Shown one piece after another: positions 37,401-49,900 of a stretch of 64,000 nucleotides of DNA (position 1 is the first letter of the stretch; the number at the start of each line of letters is the position of its first letter). The position numbers were made by a program, and so were the translations under genes. The DNA comes from Phoronis australis. Lineage: Eukaryota > Animalia > Phoronida. The DNA is taken from the NCBI GenBank assembly GCA_002633005.1, contig NMRA01000144.1, positions 380,924 through 444,923 of the forward strand, read 5' to 3'. The notes beneath the pieces were generated by a model. It was not told the origin of the DNA and did no database searches. It worked only from the letters and a program-made list of their open reading frames with translations.

Positions 37401-40400
37401 GAATTTTTATTTTATTGAAAGAAATGTTTTGTCTAATTCAGTTTGTGCTGCAGTTTGGTTCTATGTAGTTTGTTTCAAAGAAAAATGTATCCGAAGTAGG
37501 CAAATGTTCTAATTTTGTATCTGATTCAATTCCACTTCTGTATTTTAGCCAGGGGCTATCGATAAGTTCCACGGCGACACACAGAAGGTGATCGAGCTGG
37601 TTGCCAGAGATACGGAGAACAAGGGGCTGTTTGAGGATGCAGTAATGCTCTACGACTTAGCTAAGGTATGAGTCACTACTCATGTTCTCTTTTAATTAAA
37701 CTGATCTACTTGCAGAAAAAGACTATACGTGGTCTTACATATGGATAGACTGTTTTATGGCTTGAAACCTGATGGTAGATATAATTGAAATTCAACTGCT
37801 GGACAGTAATGTTTTCTATAATTGTATTTACTTATAATATGCTCATGAAATAAATATAAAATGGACGACATGAATATTCTATTCAAAATTGAAATACCAT
37901 ATTCTTTAGTCTTCAAGAACTCACAAATTTGCAGTTATGTGGTACTGTTATAATTTCTTTCAATGTTTGCTAAATGGAATGCCGTCAGCTGCTGGTATAT
38001 TTTTCTTCTATGACATCTTTGGAAGAATGGAATGCAATATCTGCTTTATAGATATTGACTTAAGAAAAGAATGATGTCAATAACATATTGATTATAATTT
38101 CTTTACCTGCATTCTGTTGACATGTCTTCATTGGTGCATGTGGTGACCCTTGCTCTCCCATGTATCAACATGCAGTATGATTGGCCCATCTCCATCCATG
38201 CTGTCACATTATAATTTATTTGTCTGCACTCATATTGCTAGTTTCAATATCAAGACAAGATGCCAAGTTTAGTATGACTGCCTGTCTTGTTATTTTTACT
38301 GTCATGGCATGGTTCCACATTAGCGTAATTTGCCTGACTCCACCCATGTTGCCATTTTTAGCATCATGACGTGATTGACATATTAGGCTGTTGTTATGAC
38401 TACACAAGTCTTGTTATTTTCAGCATCATGACAAAGTGCTTGGACTGATGAATAAATTACTGGTACAAGTGCTTTCTCAGGCACCTGCGCCCAAGTCTAC
38501 TAAGGACAGGCTAAAAACTGTTGCCTTGAACATAGCAGAAAGGTAATGTGAGACCATAAACTGTCGCAATTGCACATTGTCAAATTATAACACTTTTCAA
38601 ATTATGACAGTTTGTGCTTCGAAGCACAAACTATTGTTAGTTTTTGTATCGACAGTTTGTGGTTCGTGGGATTGCACAAATGGTCACAACCCTAAAATAG
38701 TAACAATTTGTGCAGATCTTTGAAGTGCAAATTGTCACAATATAGTCAAGACGCAATGTCATCTGATGCATAGTTTCTTTTGAATTCGAAATTGAGTTCT
38801 CATCCTGTTTATGGCAAATTGCGTGCAGTGAGAAACTATGGTAATTTAGATCATCAAATGTTGTCATGGTGAATTCTCAACAAAATCTGCAATTACACTG
38901 TTTTATTGCAATAATGCACAGTTTTCTCTTTTTTGGCGACAAAAACTATAATGCTGTCACATTGCTGTACAGCAATCTCTTCAGGAACATTTGCTGTGAA
39001 GTTATTGCTGGTAGAACATAGCAATTCATAGGACAGTGGTTTAATAAATGTGTCAGATCAAGTTATCAGCCTCCTTTTGAGCACTGCATACATTTTGAAA
39101 TCGTGTTAAACTTCATTCAATAAATCCCAAGACCCTGTTTATCGGAGTGTGCTTCTTTCTTTTAGATATAAAGCATTAGGTTACGAGGGAGGCCGTGCCA
39201 ACACCAGTACATTCTACCTTCTGCTTGACCTCATGACCTTCTTTGACCTCTATCACAGTGGGAGTCATGACCAGGCACTCAATGTTGTACAACAGCTGAA
39301 GTTGTTACCATTCACAGTGGAGTCAGTGGATCAGAAAATCAACTCCTTTAAACACTACAGTGATGAGGTGTGATTCTGCGAAGTTGTTTTGTCCTTACTA
39401 CAACATTAGCATTGCTTGCCATGTTGGAATTTGTTCTTGACTTTGAAGAAAAAGAATGTTAGGAATTTGCTGGTCACACATTGCAGTTAGTTTTTGTGAA
39501 TAAGGGAATAGCACAGTTTTATTTTTGTAATCAACCTACGTAAACGTCTTGGCTTATCTGTTATCTGTAGCTTGTCTTGTCTATTTCAGGTGCGACGCAG
39601 TCTGCCTGACACACTACTTGCAACAATGAATATTTTATATACAAAGTACAAAAATATAAGGTAATATATCAATTTCATGGATTTGATGTTGCTAAGGGCT
39701 CAGTCACCTCTGTCTTTACCAATGAACTTAATACTTCCAAAAATGTATCTTTCTTCTAGTCTACCTCGCTCAACATGTCGCTTTCAGGATTTTCTATAAG
39801 TGTATTATGCAGGAGGCGTGTATGCACTGCAATAACAACATGTGTTCTCATGTTTAAATGTGTTGCTTAAAAAGATGTATTTTCATTTGAAGAAAATTTT
39901 TTTGGCGTACTTTTTGAAATACACCACAACAGGTAAAATTGTAAAGTCTACAACCAAATGTTACTGTGGCATTCAACCATTTGCTGAAGGTGGATAACGC
40001 TGTGAGAATACAGTTAGAGGGGATTTGTGCACGACAGTGCACTCCTTTACCAAGTGTGCAAGGTCGGCAATTCATTAAATTGGTACAGTAGTGGTGGCGC
40101 ATTTCTTAGCAATTTCAATTGGGAATCTGCATCCGTAAAGTTATGATAATGGAGTCCCTCTTCCAGTATTCGTATTCAATCTCTACACAATCCATTTTAA
40201 CTAAACACAACTTGGATTTCCACTTCATAAATGGAAACATCTCTCTTATTTTGTTGCTCAACCGATTTAAATTCCTTACGCACCATGCATCATGCATTGA
40301 GTACTCATGGAAATGACCTTGACATTGGCATGTAATCAATATCAAAAGAAAAGTTTTAACTTGTGCGGTATTGAGTTAGGATGTACTGATTGCCCTGGGG

Positions 40401-43302
40401 GGTCAGACAATCCGTGTAAAGCAGATAGTGTGGGCGTAATGCTGTTGAGATTGGATGCATTTTTCATTTTTATGCGCCCACATATTTATATGTGGACGCA
40501 TTATGCCGTCATCTGCGGCCGTCCGTCCGGCGTCCGCTGTTCTATCTCCAAAACCGATTGACGTGTGTTCAAGAAATTTTGCACATAATTATGTTCCTTT
40601 CATAGATTGGATGGCATGACCAAACTTTTGGACGGATCCGACTACCGGTGTGCCCCCTAGTGGCAATTTTAGTTTTTTACGTTTACCTCTGTAACTTCAA
40701 AGGCCCTCAATGTATTTTCATAAATTTTGGTATATAGGCATCTATTAGTGAGACGACAATATCCTCCCATTTTCTGTTGGATTCGACGTAGTTTGCGCCA
40801 CCTAGTGGCCATTTTTACTGTTTTCGAGTTTCTGTTTTTTGTCGTCCACACCTCTATCATGATTGTGAAAATTGGCATGTATGTTTTTACTATGAAGAGG
40901 ACGGTTGACAATGATTTTCTGACGACTTCGACTACTGTGGCGCCTCCTGGTGGCAGTTTTTTTTTGTGCCTATGGCTATATCGCCTAAACCGTTTGAGCA
41001 TCTTTACTAAATTTGGTAAGTGCATTTATGTGATGTTGACAATGGACGACAACTTTGAGACAGATCTGAGAAGTGGTGTGCCACCTAGTTAATTGGTGAT
41101 GTCACAGTTCAAATAAATGGCTGTAAGAATATGAGAGATCAATTTTTTGTTTAAAGTTTAGTGTGATTATAGTCTGCAGGATATTAATAGTGGCGTGATT
41201 TTAAAAATTGAGCAACCCCGCCTTTCAACAAAAAAACAAACTTCGTCTTCCACAAGAGTCGCTGGGAACAATCCCAATAATGGATTGCTCTGGACATATG
41301 GTACACTTGGGTAGACTTTTTCCAGATGAGATGTTAATATGGGTAAAGTTTTTTATACGTATAGGGATGGACTACAATTTTAGCTCTTGAGAGAAATATG
41401 GGTCTTGTTTTTCCATTTTTGGCCAGGTATGATTATCGTCTCCGATTTGGAAGGTCAAATACACTCCCTTCCCTGAAAAGATAATTACTCCAGAACATAT
41501 TGTTACCTACAAAAGAATGAAGCACTCTGTATTTCTTACCCTTCCTTACAAAGATGGATGTTTGTGTTGACTTTTAAGTTTTATAGTTCCAGCTCTGATT
41601 GTTGACCAAATCATAAATCTAGTTCATTTTTACCTTCTATATATTTTCTTCACCTTTTGTTAGAGGACGTCAACAAATTAAAATCAATTGATGAGAGACT
41701 TTTGTTTTCATCATAAGTACATGAGCCTACTTTACCTTGAACATGATTGTTTCCATGATAAGTAAAACGTGTATATATTTGCAAGTTGAACATTTCTGTA
41801 TAGGAACAGTGGTAGTCAGAGTCCAGTAGCCAGCAGAAGTCTCGGTGGTCAAGATGATGGTGGCCGAGAGTCGGTGAGTATCTTTATTGAACTGATGCTC
41901 ACCTGAAGTTGTTCTTATGTTTCTTAAACCCAGTTTAGTATAAACTCTTCTTAGTTGTACTACATTGTAATCGACTCGTAGACGACCGATTGGAGTATGT
42001 AGACAAGTGAGGTGTTCCGACAGCTGTTCAAGCCAAATAGTTGTACACACGTAGCACATCTGGACCCAGGGTCTAATTTTTTACTCGAAATTGAACTCAA
42101 AATTATCTTTGAGATTTTTCATTCTCTAATAATATGCGAAGATAAGTGTGTGTACTTAAGTACGGTCATGGTTTTCCTGGGAGACTAACTAATCCTAGTT
42201 TGCACTTGATGACCCAGCATTAAAGCCACAAGTTGGAGTCTGAAATTTTGAGTTTCTGCTAAAAATCTCGAGTTTTTACACCAAATCTCAAGTTTTTAGC
42301 CTGAATCCAGGGATCTTCCAATGCTAACTTGGACTAAAAACTCATCTGCGGAAACCATATTGTAATCGCACACAAGGAAATACATGCCCATCTTGGGTTT
42401 GTATGAGTTATTGAAAAATGTCAAAATAGTTTCGATTTTGAGTTTGTAGATTAAACCCTGCGCCCTGCTACATCAACAATACTATCTCCGAGTTGAGCCT
42501 TGAATGCTCCCATTTATCAACACCATATTGCTCCCAAAATAGCATCAGTGCTGCAGGAAGTGTTATGTGACTGATCGGAGCATGAACAAAGTGTTCTTAT
42601 AGTCATACTAACATTGCATACAGAAAAGTGGAGTGTATAGACGGGACATTATTCTAAGCAGTCGGGCCATATTGAATATTGCACGATTGTCACCAAACAT
42701 CAATATCTTGTCTGGTTGGTCAGATTTCTGCACGACTGTATTTCGATCTGGCCAGCAGGTGGCAGCCTGATACAGGAGTTAGATCAGCCCACTGCGGCTC
42801 CCCTCACAATGTGGCCTTTCGTGTAACTTAGAATCTATCTGCCTTCATACCTATTCATAGCAAGTGATATGATGGTCAGGTTGTAGTCAAATCACACCAC
42901 TATTAACTCTGGCTGTATCAATAAAATTTTCGTTTTCTCATCAATTATAATGTACCCAAAATGGTTGAACAGTGTATCAACGTAGCCTTCGTAACAATGA
43001 GTTTATTTCTTGTATTTGTTATTTACGTGCATGTTTTTTAATTTTGCCACATTCTGTACGAACCAAAAATGTTTATCTTCTGTGGAGACTGTCTAGACTT
43101 GGAAATAACAGACAACTTTGCTATGATTAGTTTTCATTTAATTATTGGTTGACTAACTGTAGTAAAATATTTTCAATTTCAGTTTACTAACTACTTGAGA
43201 AGTCAAGCCAAAGCACTCATCACATTTGCTGGCATGTTGCCGTACAGAATGCCTGGCGACACAAACGCTAGACTGGTACAGATGGAGGTGCTCATGCATT
43301 AA
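19260..43302 (+). CDS. NUP93: Nuclear pore complex protein Nup93 (Nic96 family), 21 coding exons, about 828 aa (whole-gene span)
   Basis: All exons have GT-AG boundaries with compatible phases. Joined CDS (one copy of the duplicated exons) is 2487 nt, from [18 protein letters not shown]...[12 protein letters not shown] to ...[28 protein letters not shown]. Recognisably homologous to vertebrate NUP93 from N- to C-terminus. Confidence 0.97.
19523..19859. mobile_element. MITE with YAGGGCCCTC TIRs and 5-bp TSD
   Basis: TAGGGCCCTC...GAGGGCCCTG flanked by AATTC on both sides. Confidence 0.8.
20979..21096 (+). CDS. NUP93: NUP93 coding exon 2
   Basis: tttag| [39 protein letters not shown] |gtaaat. 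Confidence 0.95.
22161..22223 (+). CDS. NUP93: NUP93 coding exon 3
   Basis: ttttcag| [21 protein letters not shown] |gtgggt. Confidence 0.93.
23197..23325 (+). CDS. NUP93: NUP93 coding exon 4
   Basis: ttgtag| [43 protein letters not shown] |gtgggt. Confidence 0.93.
24185..24512 (+). mobile_element. Decayed 3' fragment of the second Helentron-type family
   Basis: CCCTAGAAGCATAC...GTGGCCGCATTTC...GCTCTTTTT aligns with the 3' end of 54907-55790. Confidence 0.55.
24564..24638 (+). CDS. NUP93: NUP93 coding exon 5
   Basis: ttacag| [25 protein letters not shown] |gtagga. Confidence 0.93.
25369..25461 (+). CDS. NUP93: NUP93 coding exon 6
   Basis: ttgcag| [31 protein letters not shown] |gtgaga. 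Confidence 0.92.
26101..26240 (+). CDS. NUP93: NUP93 coding exon 7
   Basis: ttttcag| [17 protein letters not shown]...[11 protein letters not shown](S) |gtgagt. Confidence 0.93.
26202..26616 (+). repeat. 52-bp minisatellite (8 copies) spanning the NUP93 exon 7 donor site
   Basis: Unit GAGTATGrTmCAGCAGGCTAAGArGTATCTAGAACAGAG|GTGAGT..., units start at 26202, 26254, 26306, 26358, 26410, 26462, 26514, 26570. Confidence 0.95.
27055..27187 (+). CDS. NUP93: NUP93 coding exon 8
   Basis: ttttcag| [44 protein letters not shown] |gtaatg. Confidence 0.95.
28158..28255 (+). CDS. NUP93: NUP93 coding exon 9, copy A
   Basis: tcacag| [32 protein letters not shown] |gtaagt. Confidence 0.85.
28985..29122 (+). 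CDS. NUP93: NUP93 coding exon 10, copy A
   Basis: tttcag| [45 protein letters not shown] |gttggt. Confidence 0.85.
29616..29713 (+). CDS. NUP93: NUP93 coding exon 9, copy B (probable second haplotype)
   Basis: Same peptide as 28158-28255 with 2 synonymous differences. Confidence 0.75.
30452..30589 (+). CDS. NUP93: NUP93 coding exon 10, copy B (probable second haplotype)
   Basis: Same peptide as 28985-29122 with 1 synonymous difference. Confidence 0.75.
31007..31053. repeat. Imperfect 23-bp-stem hairpin (probable MITE core)
   Basis: GGGGTCCCGCATTTTGAGATCCA-T-TGGATCTCGAAATACGGGACCCC. Confidence 0.7.
32448..32632 (+). CDS. NUP93: NUP93 coding exon 11, copy A
   Basis: ttgcag| [30 protein letters not shown]...[17 protein letters not shown] |gtatag. 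Confidence 0.85.
33177..33365 (+). CDS. NUP93: NUP93 coding exon 12, copy A
   Basis: ttgcag| [30 protein letters not shown]...HAVHVALVL...QAQL |gtgagt. Confidence 0.85.
34415..34599 (+). CDS. NUP93: NUP93 coding exon 11, copy B (probable second haplotype)
   Basis: As 32448-32632, with 3 synonymous changes and one S>A change. Confidence 0.75.
35108..35296 (+). CDS. NUP93: NUP93 coding exon 12, copy B (probable second haplotype)
   Basis: Same peptide as 33177-33365. Confidence 0.75.
35808..35934 (+). CDS. NUP93: NUP93 coding exon 13
   Basis: ttttcag| [41 protein letters not shown] |gtgagg. Confidence 0.95.
36799..36871 (+). CDS. NUP93: NUP93 coding exon 14
   Basis: ttttcag| [24 protein letters not shown] |gtttgt. 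Confidence 0.93.
37029..37073 (+). CDS. NUP93: NUP93 coding exon 15
   Basis: ttttcag| [15 protein letters not shown] |gtaagt. Confidence 0.93.
37549..37665 (+). CDS. NUP93: NUP93 coding exon 16
   Basis: ttttag| [39 protein letters not shown] |gtatga. Confidence 0.95.
38424..38542 (+). CDS. NUP93: NUP93 coding exon 17
   Basis: ttttcag| [39 protein letters not shown] |gtaatg. Confidence 0.94.
39166..39367 (+). CDS. NUP93: NUP93 coding exon 18
   Basis: ttttag| [32 protein letters not shown]...FKHYSDE |gtgtga. Confidence 0.95.
39590..39660 (+). CDS. NUP93: NUP93 coding exon 19
   Basis: tttcag| [23 protein letters not shown] |gtaata. Confidence 0.93.
40467..41090 (+). mobile_element. Second Helentron-type family, 5' portion
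   Basis: TTTTT-ATGCGCCCACATA-ttta-TATGTGGACGCAT hairpin, GTCC microsatellite, internal repeats sharing CCACCTAGTGGC-like motifs with 54907-55790. Confidence 0.65.
41804..41873 (+). CDS. NUP93: NUP93 coding exon 20 (low-complexity loop)
   Basis: gtatag| [23 protein letters not shown] |gtgagt; its phases (2 to 0) bridge exons 19 and 21. Confidence 0.85.
42067..42460. mobile_element. MITE with CAGGGTYTAAT TIRs
   Basis: CAGGGTCTAAT...ATTAAACCCTG plus subterminal ACTCAAAAT/ATTTTGAGT; TSD unclear. Confidence 0.6.
43183..43302 (+). CDS. NUP93: NUP93 last coding exon
   Basis: tttcag| [42 protein letters not shown]. Confidence 0.96.
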   Translation, partial: FTNYLRSQAKALITFAGMLPYRMPGDTNARLVQMEVLMH

Positions 43303-46151
43303 CTGTGACGTGATGAAGCATAAGCAGAGATTGTTATGAACCACCCTTTGAATGGCTGTCTGCAATACACAGTAGAGAAGTTGTGACGTGCTTTGACTTT
43401 GAAATCAGCTGTGTTACTGTGATTGAGCAGCTCAAAAAGTTACTATTGACTTTTACCGTATTTTTCTATTTCTGCCTCGAGTACATGAGCTAGAGAGGTT
43501 GAAGAGCATGTCCATCTAATTCTGTAATGTTTGCATAAAAACTGTCGTCACATCATTACACTTACCAGTACTTGTTGGTGTACACCCTGAGGCATCACAC
43601 TTTACATAAAGAGAAAGTTCGAGATACATGAACAAACTAAGGCAATATGCGCTTACTTTCAACTATAAATTGGTCTCGACGTTCTCTGGACTCGGATAAG
43701 TGATTGTGGAGTTTTCAAAGAACTGACATTTTGTAATTCCTGGAGACGCATAAAATGAGAGCCTGTGACTAACTTTAATATAGAGCATGATTCTTTGAGA
43801 CCAAGCTCACGATGTGACCTGAAATTTTGTGAACTTGGGACTGAAGAAATATGTGGACTGTCTTTCCCAATCCCAGAGATCACTTCTAAACTAAGTAAGG
43901 AACAAGACCAATTTTATGCCGAGTGATCGTTATAACTTGTTTTTGACAGAAAGTACAGCTTTAATGGTTCTTTAATACGACATGTGCCACGACACTGTAA
44001 TAAAACATCTTGTCCTGACGACTGTGCTATTTTTCTGGACTTGCAGATTCCTTTTTGTTGCGGTTTTAGTAAAAAGTAAGCAGCTTTAATTTGAGAAGAT
44101 GTGTGAGAGAAAAAGCTGTTTTGTGGCATAAATATACAAGTACGTACATTTTATCAAAAGTGTCTATAGTACTACCATGACACCATATGATTACAAAAGA
44201 GTAATAGCAAAATTTATGTTTTAGCAAGTTATAACTTTTGCTTATCTTAAAGTTTGCAAATGTTATTAAGTTAAAATACTCAAAGCACAAGATGTAAATA
44301 TAAAAGATATTTAATCAAAATTTTCATTTATAGTACGTTGCTAGGAGACCATCTTTAATACTAAGAACGAAATTCCTACTTTGCTGTACTTCAAAGGTAA
44401 AATTGCCATTTTTGCATGCAATATTTCCTATTTTCTGGAAGTAAGTTTAATTTGATGCCATTGATGCCACGTCTGTAAAATTCACTACAATGCCTCGACT
44501 TAAGACACAAGTTTCGCTCCTTTGGAGCCAATTTCACTGTTAAAATTTATGACGCTAGATGTACTCTTTGTAACAATAGAATGAAAATGTGCACCTATTG
44601 TGAATCTTAACGTAACAACCGAGAGTAAAAATATCCCAAACCGGAATAAATTCAATTAAGTAACGTCAAAAGTCGAACAGTTTATGTACAAGAGCAAATT
44701 CCAATAGTATGTCTTCGGCATTGTGTTGAAAAGGTCAGAACTTTTTTTTTATTCTGAGGACTTCAAGTCCGCTGCTTCCCCTGCAAAGATTCATTTAATT
44801 TGGTTACGGGATGTAAAAAATCTGATCCCAAGCACTGCTGAAAAATACAGAGAATTCTTCCCTATTCTCCAACAGAAGACAACAATAACAAACAGTACAT
44901 TGGTAACTTGTACACATTTTTCAACAGGCAATCAAAATACTCTTAATAACTGTAAAGATGGTTCAGACTAGAAAAGTAAGTAGTACAGCTTTAATTAATG
45001 CGGGGTGCAGTTGATGCGATAATTAAAAATTACAAACTAGGACTCGAGTCGGGAATCATTGATTTACAATAAAGGCTAAACCTATTATCAAAAGTTTACA
45101 TAAAATTCATTACCATGCCTTGCCTGAATGCACAAGTTTCACTTGATGCGAGTTGACACTTTGAAAACAATAAATAATGTCAGGACGGAATACAGTAATG
45201 TGAATTGTTCAAGTGATCTACCAAACTACTGGACTACAAGTCTGAAAAACACTGCATTCCTACACACAAGCACTCAAGCATAACCTTACAAATATTGTTC
45301 ATACTTAATTTCAAAAATACTCAAAGTTGGACTACAGTAAAATCTCGCAAATTTCAAACAAAATAATTGCCGTAATTACCATCTAGTCTGGTAATTCACA
45401 TTACAAACGTTTGAAAACAAACAGTTTTAAAATGTCTGATACTTGCTTCAACGCAGGAATATGGTAAAGCATCATTTTTGTGCAAGTTGGTTTTTACTAT
45501 AATTGAGAAAATAAAAGAAAATTATGCCTTACTGTTTCTTAAATAGGTGAGATTTTACCATAGGGACTTAACAACAAACTGTCACTTCTAAATAGTTAAC
45601 AAATCTTCAACTATCAGAATACTTTAACCTGTTAAGCTGCCACTGTGATTCTCACAATCATTTTATACTAATATCCTAAAATGCATTCAAAACAAAGGCT
45701 TTGCTTTGAAATAAGTACTAAAAACGGACTTGTTAATAATGAAGATGATGGATGAAGATGACACTTTCTGCACCTAACATTATCTCACTTAAAGCACAAC
45801 AACTTGCATTAAAAGACAAACTAAACACTGTCCAAGTGATTTGACTTCACATTGACACTGCTTGGTTACGACCGAGACGGAACTATTTCCAGCACACGAG
45901 ATACTGGGAAATCTCGGCATAAGCTTCAGGTCCTTACTTTCAAAAATGACACTTCCATGGGCTTCCAGTAATCTCAAAACACAGGCTCAAGTACCAGTAA
46001 TGTGCTGTTATATGTTTTCCAATTTTGGTAATCTGGCTCAAAAGGTAAAATCAGGAGCAGATCTGTGGAAACTAACAAACAGGTGAAAATAAACATTTAC
46101 CAGTCAGGTGTGGTAATCATACAACACAAATTTTACTTCAGGCTCAAAAAT

Positions 46152-46364
46152 AACAAAAATAATTGCAGGCGGTCCGGTACACGTTGTATCAGATGTGCGC
46201 AGGACACGCATGTGGGCCCATTGCACAGATCACCTGGAACCATTTCATGCTGAGGAGCTAGAGACCTGACTCAAGGGTCTAGAAGTGTGGCCCAGTGGAA
46301 GTCGAACCCACGACCTCGAGTAAAGAAAGCGGGCACCTATCACACTAGGCCACACTGCCTCCTG
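46152..46364 (-). mobile_element. tRNA-derived SINE
   Basis: Minus-strand A box TGGCCTAGTG and B box GGTTCGACTTCC, short body, T-rich tail, 12-bp TSD AGGCTCAAAAAT (46140-46151 and 46365-46376). Confidence 0.8.
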
Positions 46365-46882
46365 AGGCTCAAAAATGGTTGACACTGAGACTCCTTTCTA
46401 ACTGAAAACCCATGGGCTTTAATAAATGGACGTGAGCCTGTTTTCAGAAAACTCGGGTACACGCAGGATAAGGCAGATTACAACACTGTGTATAATGCTG
46501 CCTTTGGTACATTTAACAATGATTCTCGGGTCATTCAACAATCAAACCTGCAATAGCCAGCATAGGATAACTTTCAAACTTAACTTAAGTTTCTGGTCAT
46601 AACAGATTCAAATACATAAGCAAATTGAAAGACACCAAAATATTCTTAGCACGGACTATACATAGAATGCATGAGTGACAAAACTGCTATAACACTTGAG
46701 TATATACATATGAGAAGAGCGATAAAACTATTTTGGTGTCTATAAAACAAACTGTTGATTAAAATGTCTTATTAATTTCTCACAATGTCTCTGAAACAGG
46801 ACATTCTTTCTTGACCTGAGAACCTCAGCTGTAATTTAAGAGTACTACATGGATGAGTTGTGAAGAATTGCAGACATGGCAT

Positions 46883-46966
46883 TCACGACAGCTTGGTGGA
46901 TGATAAGTTTCCTAGAGGTGTCACTGTTATTCCACTTGTTAAGTCCACTGTCTTTCCTTCCTTATC
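46883..46966 (-). CDS. ARL2BP: ARL2BP last coding exon
   Basis: ttttctag| DKEGKTVDLTSGITVTPLGNLSSTKLS TGA. Confidence 0.92.
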   Translation of the reverse strand, partial: DKEGKTVDLTSGITVTPLGNLSSTKLS

Positions 46967-49900
46967 CTAGAAAAAATCCATATATGCAGCAGATTTTTTG
47001 AAATAGTAATCAGTTAAGTCCACAGGACACCAAACCATCTGTTAATTCCTGTTTAGTGTAATGCCATAGATTAAAAACCCCTACATGTGTCGCACCATAA
47101 CAAAACATGTCCCACACACTTTGTAGGATACTGGTTTTAAATGGGTTCAGTCCTCAGAATGACAACTGTTGTTATTCAAGCGACATTCAATATCCATGGA
47201 ATTCTGTATGAAAATCCGGACATGTACTTTGCAGATGGTATTTTTTGAACTAAAAGTCCAACACAAAAACTACTATTTGTCCTTGTGTCCATTTGGCATC
47301 ACCGAATATCATTGAACATATCAATACCAAAGCCATCGAGCTCTCTAATGCATAATTCGCAGGGCACTCTCCTCAAAAACACACTGTAAGAAGAACTTTT
47401 TCTTAAACAAAAGAGTGCATGGAAGAGATTTGCTAATGACTTGTTTGAGTACAGGCTTTTGGTGTCCATTTTTTTCCTGGTGGCTGGTTTGGGGTTAAGG
47501 AACAGACAATTTTCAAATACGCCATGTGGATTTGTATCACGATGGACATCCCGTCTAAATATTATGTGACTGGCACTAGTTAAGAGCACAAAAGCTAATC
47601 ACGTCAAATAATATGGACTGGTTTCTGCTGCTAAACAACATACTCTATCAAAATGAATATCTCGGCCGGACATGCTTTCCACAAGCTACTGATTACACTA
47701 AATTACATGTAAACCAAACCTCTACGCACATGCCATTCGGTGGAGAGTAGTAAGCAAACTAAAACGACTAGAAATACTGGTAAAAGCTATATTGTTTTAG
47801 GAGTAGACACTGTTTGCATTAGTGACAAGCCCCCAGGATAATGCTTCGTGAAACAGGTGAGATCGTCACGCATTATTTATTGACCAAAACCTGGGAGAAT
47901 GCTGATCACTAGAAGTGTCCACTTTTTACTGAGGGTATATTGTACCAATGCTACCTAACCTTGACAATGAAAACACTCTCCTTCTGAGGAACTTTTCCTA
48001 GTCAGATTCGTTATTTCCAGGATAAGAAAAATAGGAAAAATTGCCCGGGACATTCACCTGCGATTAGTGGCAAATTTTGGACACACATCACCGCAAATGA
48101 CCTTGTTAGGTCATTTTATTGGCTTCAGCCACTGCTTTTGCCTACAGAACATCTCAAATAACCCAATTTAAAAACCAGACAGTGCTTTGTGCCACACAAG
48201 ACCAACGCACCGTCTGCAGTATTCAACCTGATGTATTTAGGAGTTGTTAATCTACAGCGACACACAGTCTACCAGTAAACATACAATTCAAGCAGACCTT
48301 GCAAGTTAAGGTCCACAGTGTTATGCTATTCCGCTCAGGTTTAGATGATAAAGAAAAATTGAAGAGATCTCATGGATGGTGAAGTAGCAGTGAAACTTTA
48401 GATGTTAGGAGCAGGTTATCTTGTGAGCTTTGGACAATGTATAGTGACTTAAGAAACTACAATACCCAATTGTCTGCTTTCAGATAATAATTATGGCTAA
48501 AATTACATATTTTCTACTGTACGACTCACTGCAATGCAAAAAATATTTAAAAAGTCAACCACATGGTGACCAATGATAACTTAGCTGTATAGCACAAGAT
48601 ATAAAAAAGAAGAAAAACGTGTACTGGATTTTCAATTTTGCTGGTAATGTAAAATTCCACTTTTCTTCCAGACAATGGACTAAATCAGCGTACAGCAGTT
48701 GCATGATACTAGTTTTACTTCAGTCAAAAATGACTGGAGAAGACTGACCATAGCTAAAGAAAAGTAAGTTGAAACCCCATGCTGCGCCATCTTTAAAACC
48801 CTTGTTTTGGGTCAGGTTTTGGGGTGGAATCTTTCTTTTGGTTCTTCAATACAACAAAATTGGGACAGAACCAAATGGAGGTCACCGATTGTTTCACGAG
48901 AAAGATTTACTGCCCGTGACTGAATCTATTCAAGTTTGAAGTTTACAACATCAGCTTGACCCAGTCAGCACTGAGAAGAACCGTTGAAGACCACGCCCAT
49001 TGCGCTTTCCGTCTCACTGATGTTTTCTCCATCTCACAACATGTGATCAGCTGTTTGGTTGAGCATAGTCTGCCATATAATAAATTAACAAGAAACAAAA
49101 GGAGAAAAATCTTCAACAACCTTACCTTTCGGTAGTCTATGAACATTTCTTTGAATTGTATAAAATCACTGAATGTGAGCAACATTTCGAACACTTCGCC
49201 ATCCAGTTCATCTTTTCTTGACCTAAATGTCAAAAAAGAGGATCGTGTTAACTGTAAAAATTATCATGAAGTGAATGACACTTGCAGCTCACAGGCATGT
49301 ACAGTCAGGCGTCTAGAGGAATCAGAAAATCTATGTAAAACAATGGTAACATAGAGTCCCATCTCCTATCAAAATAAGGGTAATAGTCACTAATAGGGAT
49401 CCCGCATTGTAACGAGCACCAGTTTTCTCCACTGAATGGACATTAAATTCTCAAACCTGGCAACCCTGTAAGTGACTATTGCCAAAATCAGTGCACAGAC
49501 AGCTTAACTACTTTTTAATTTCATGGTATTAGGAAATTTCCTTTTTAAACCTAGCAAGATCACTGGTTTCGGTTTATGTCATTGAATTTAGCAAAACCCT
49601 AATGAAGATTAAGGACTAAGGTTCATTTAGTTCATCATTTATGAATGACATCAACACACAGCAAAGTTGCAAAGATTTTTGCAGTTCACAGATTGACAAA
49701 ATAAGGTTAACAAGTTTATATTACAGGTATGTACAATATCTTCCGAATTTATTTGTAAAAAACACTCAGTTCTGAACCCAAAACACACATATTTTAAACA
49801 ACAAGAACAACACAAAACATTGAAATGCACCCACAACTGCAACACATATCATAAAACTGGCTGCTAGCTGACGCAGAACCCGTTTTTGAGCTTGGCAGAC

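Noticed and set aside
43303-46882. Overlapping 3' UTRs of the convergent genes
   Set aside because: Several candidate poly(A) signals exist (AATAAA at 43999 and 44645; minus strand near 44750) but transcript ends cannot be fixed from sequence alone.
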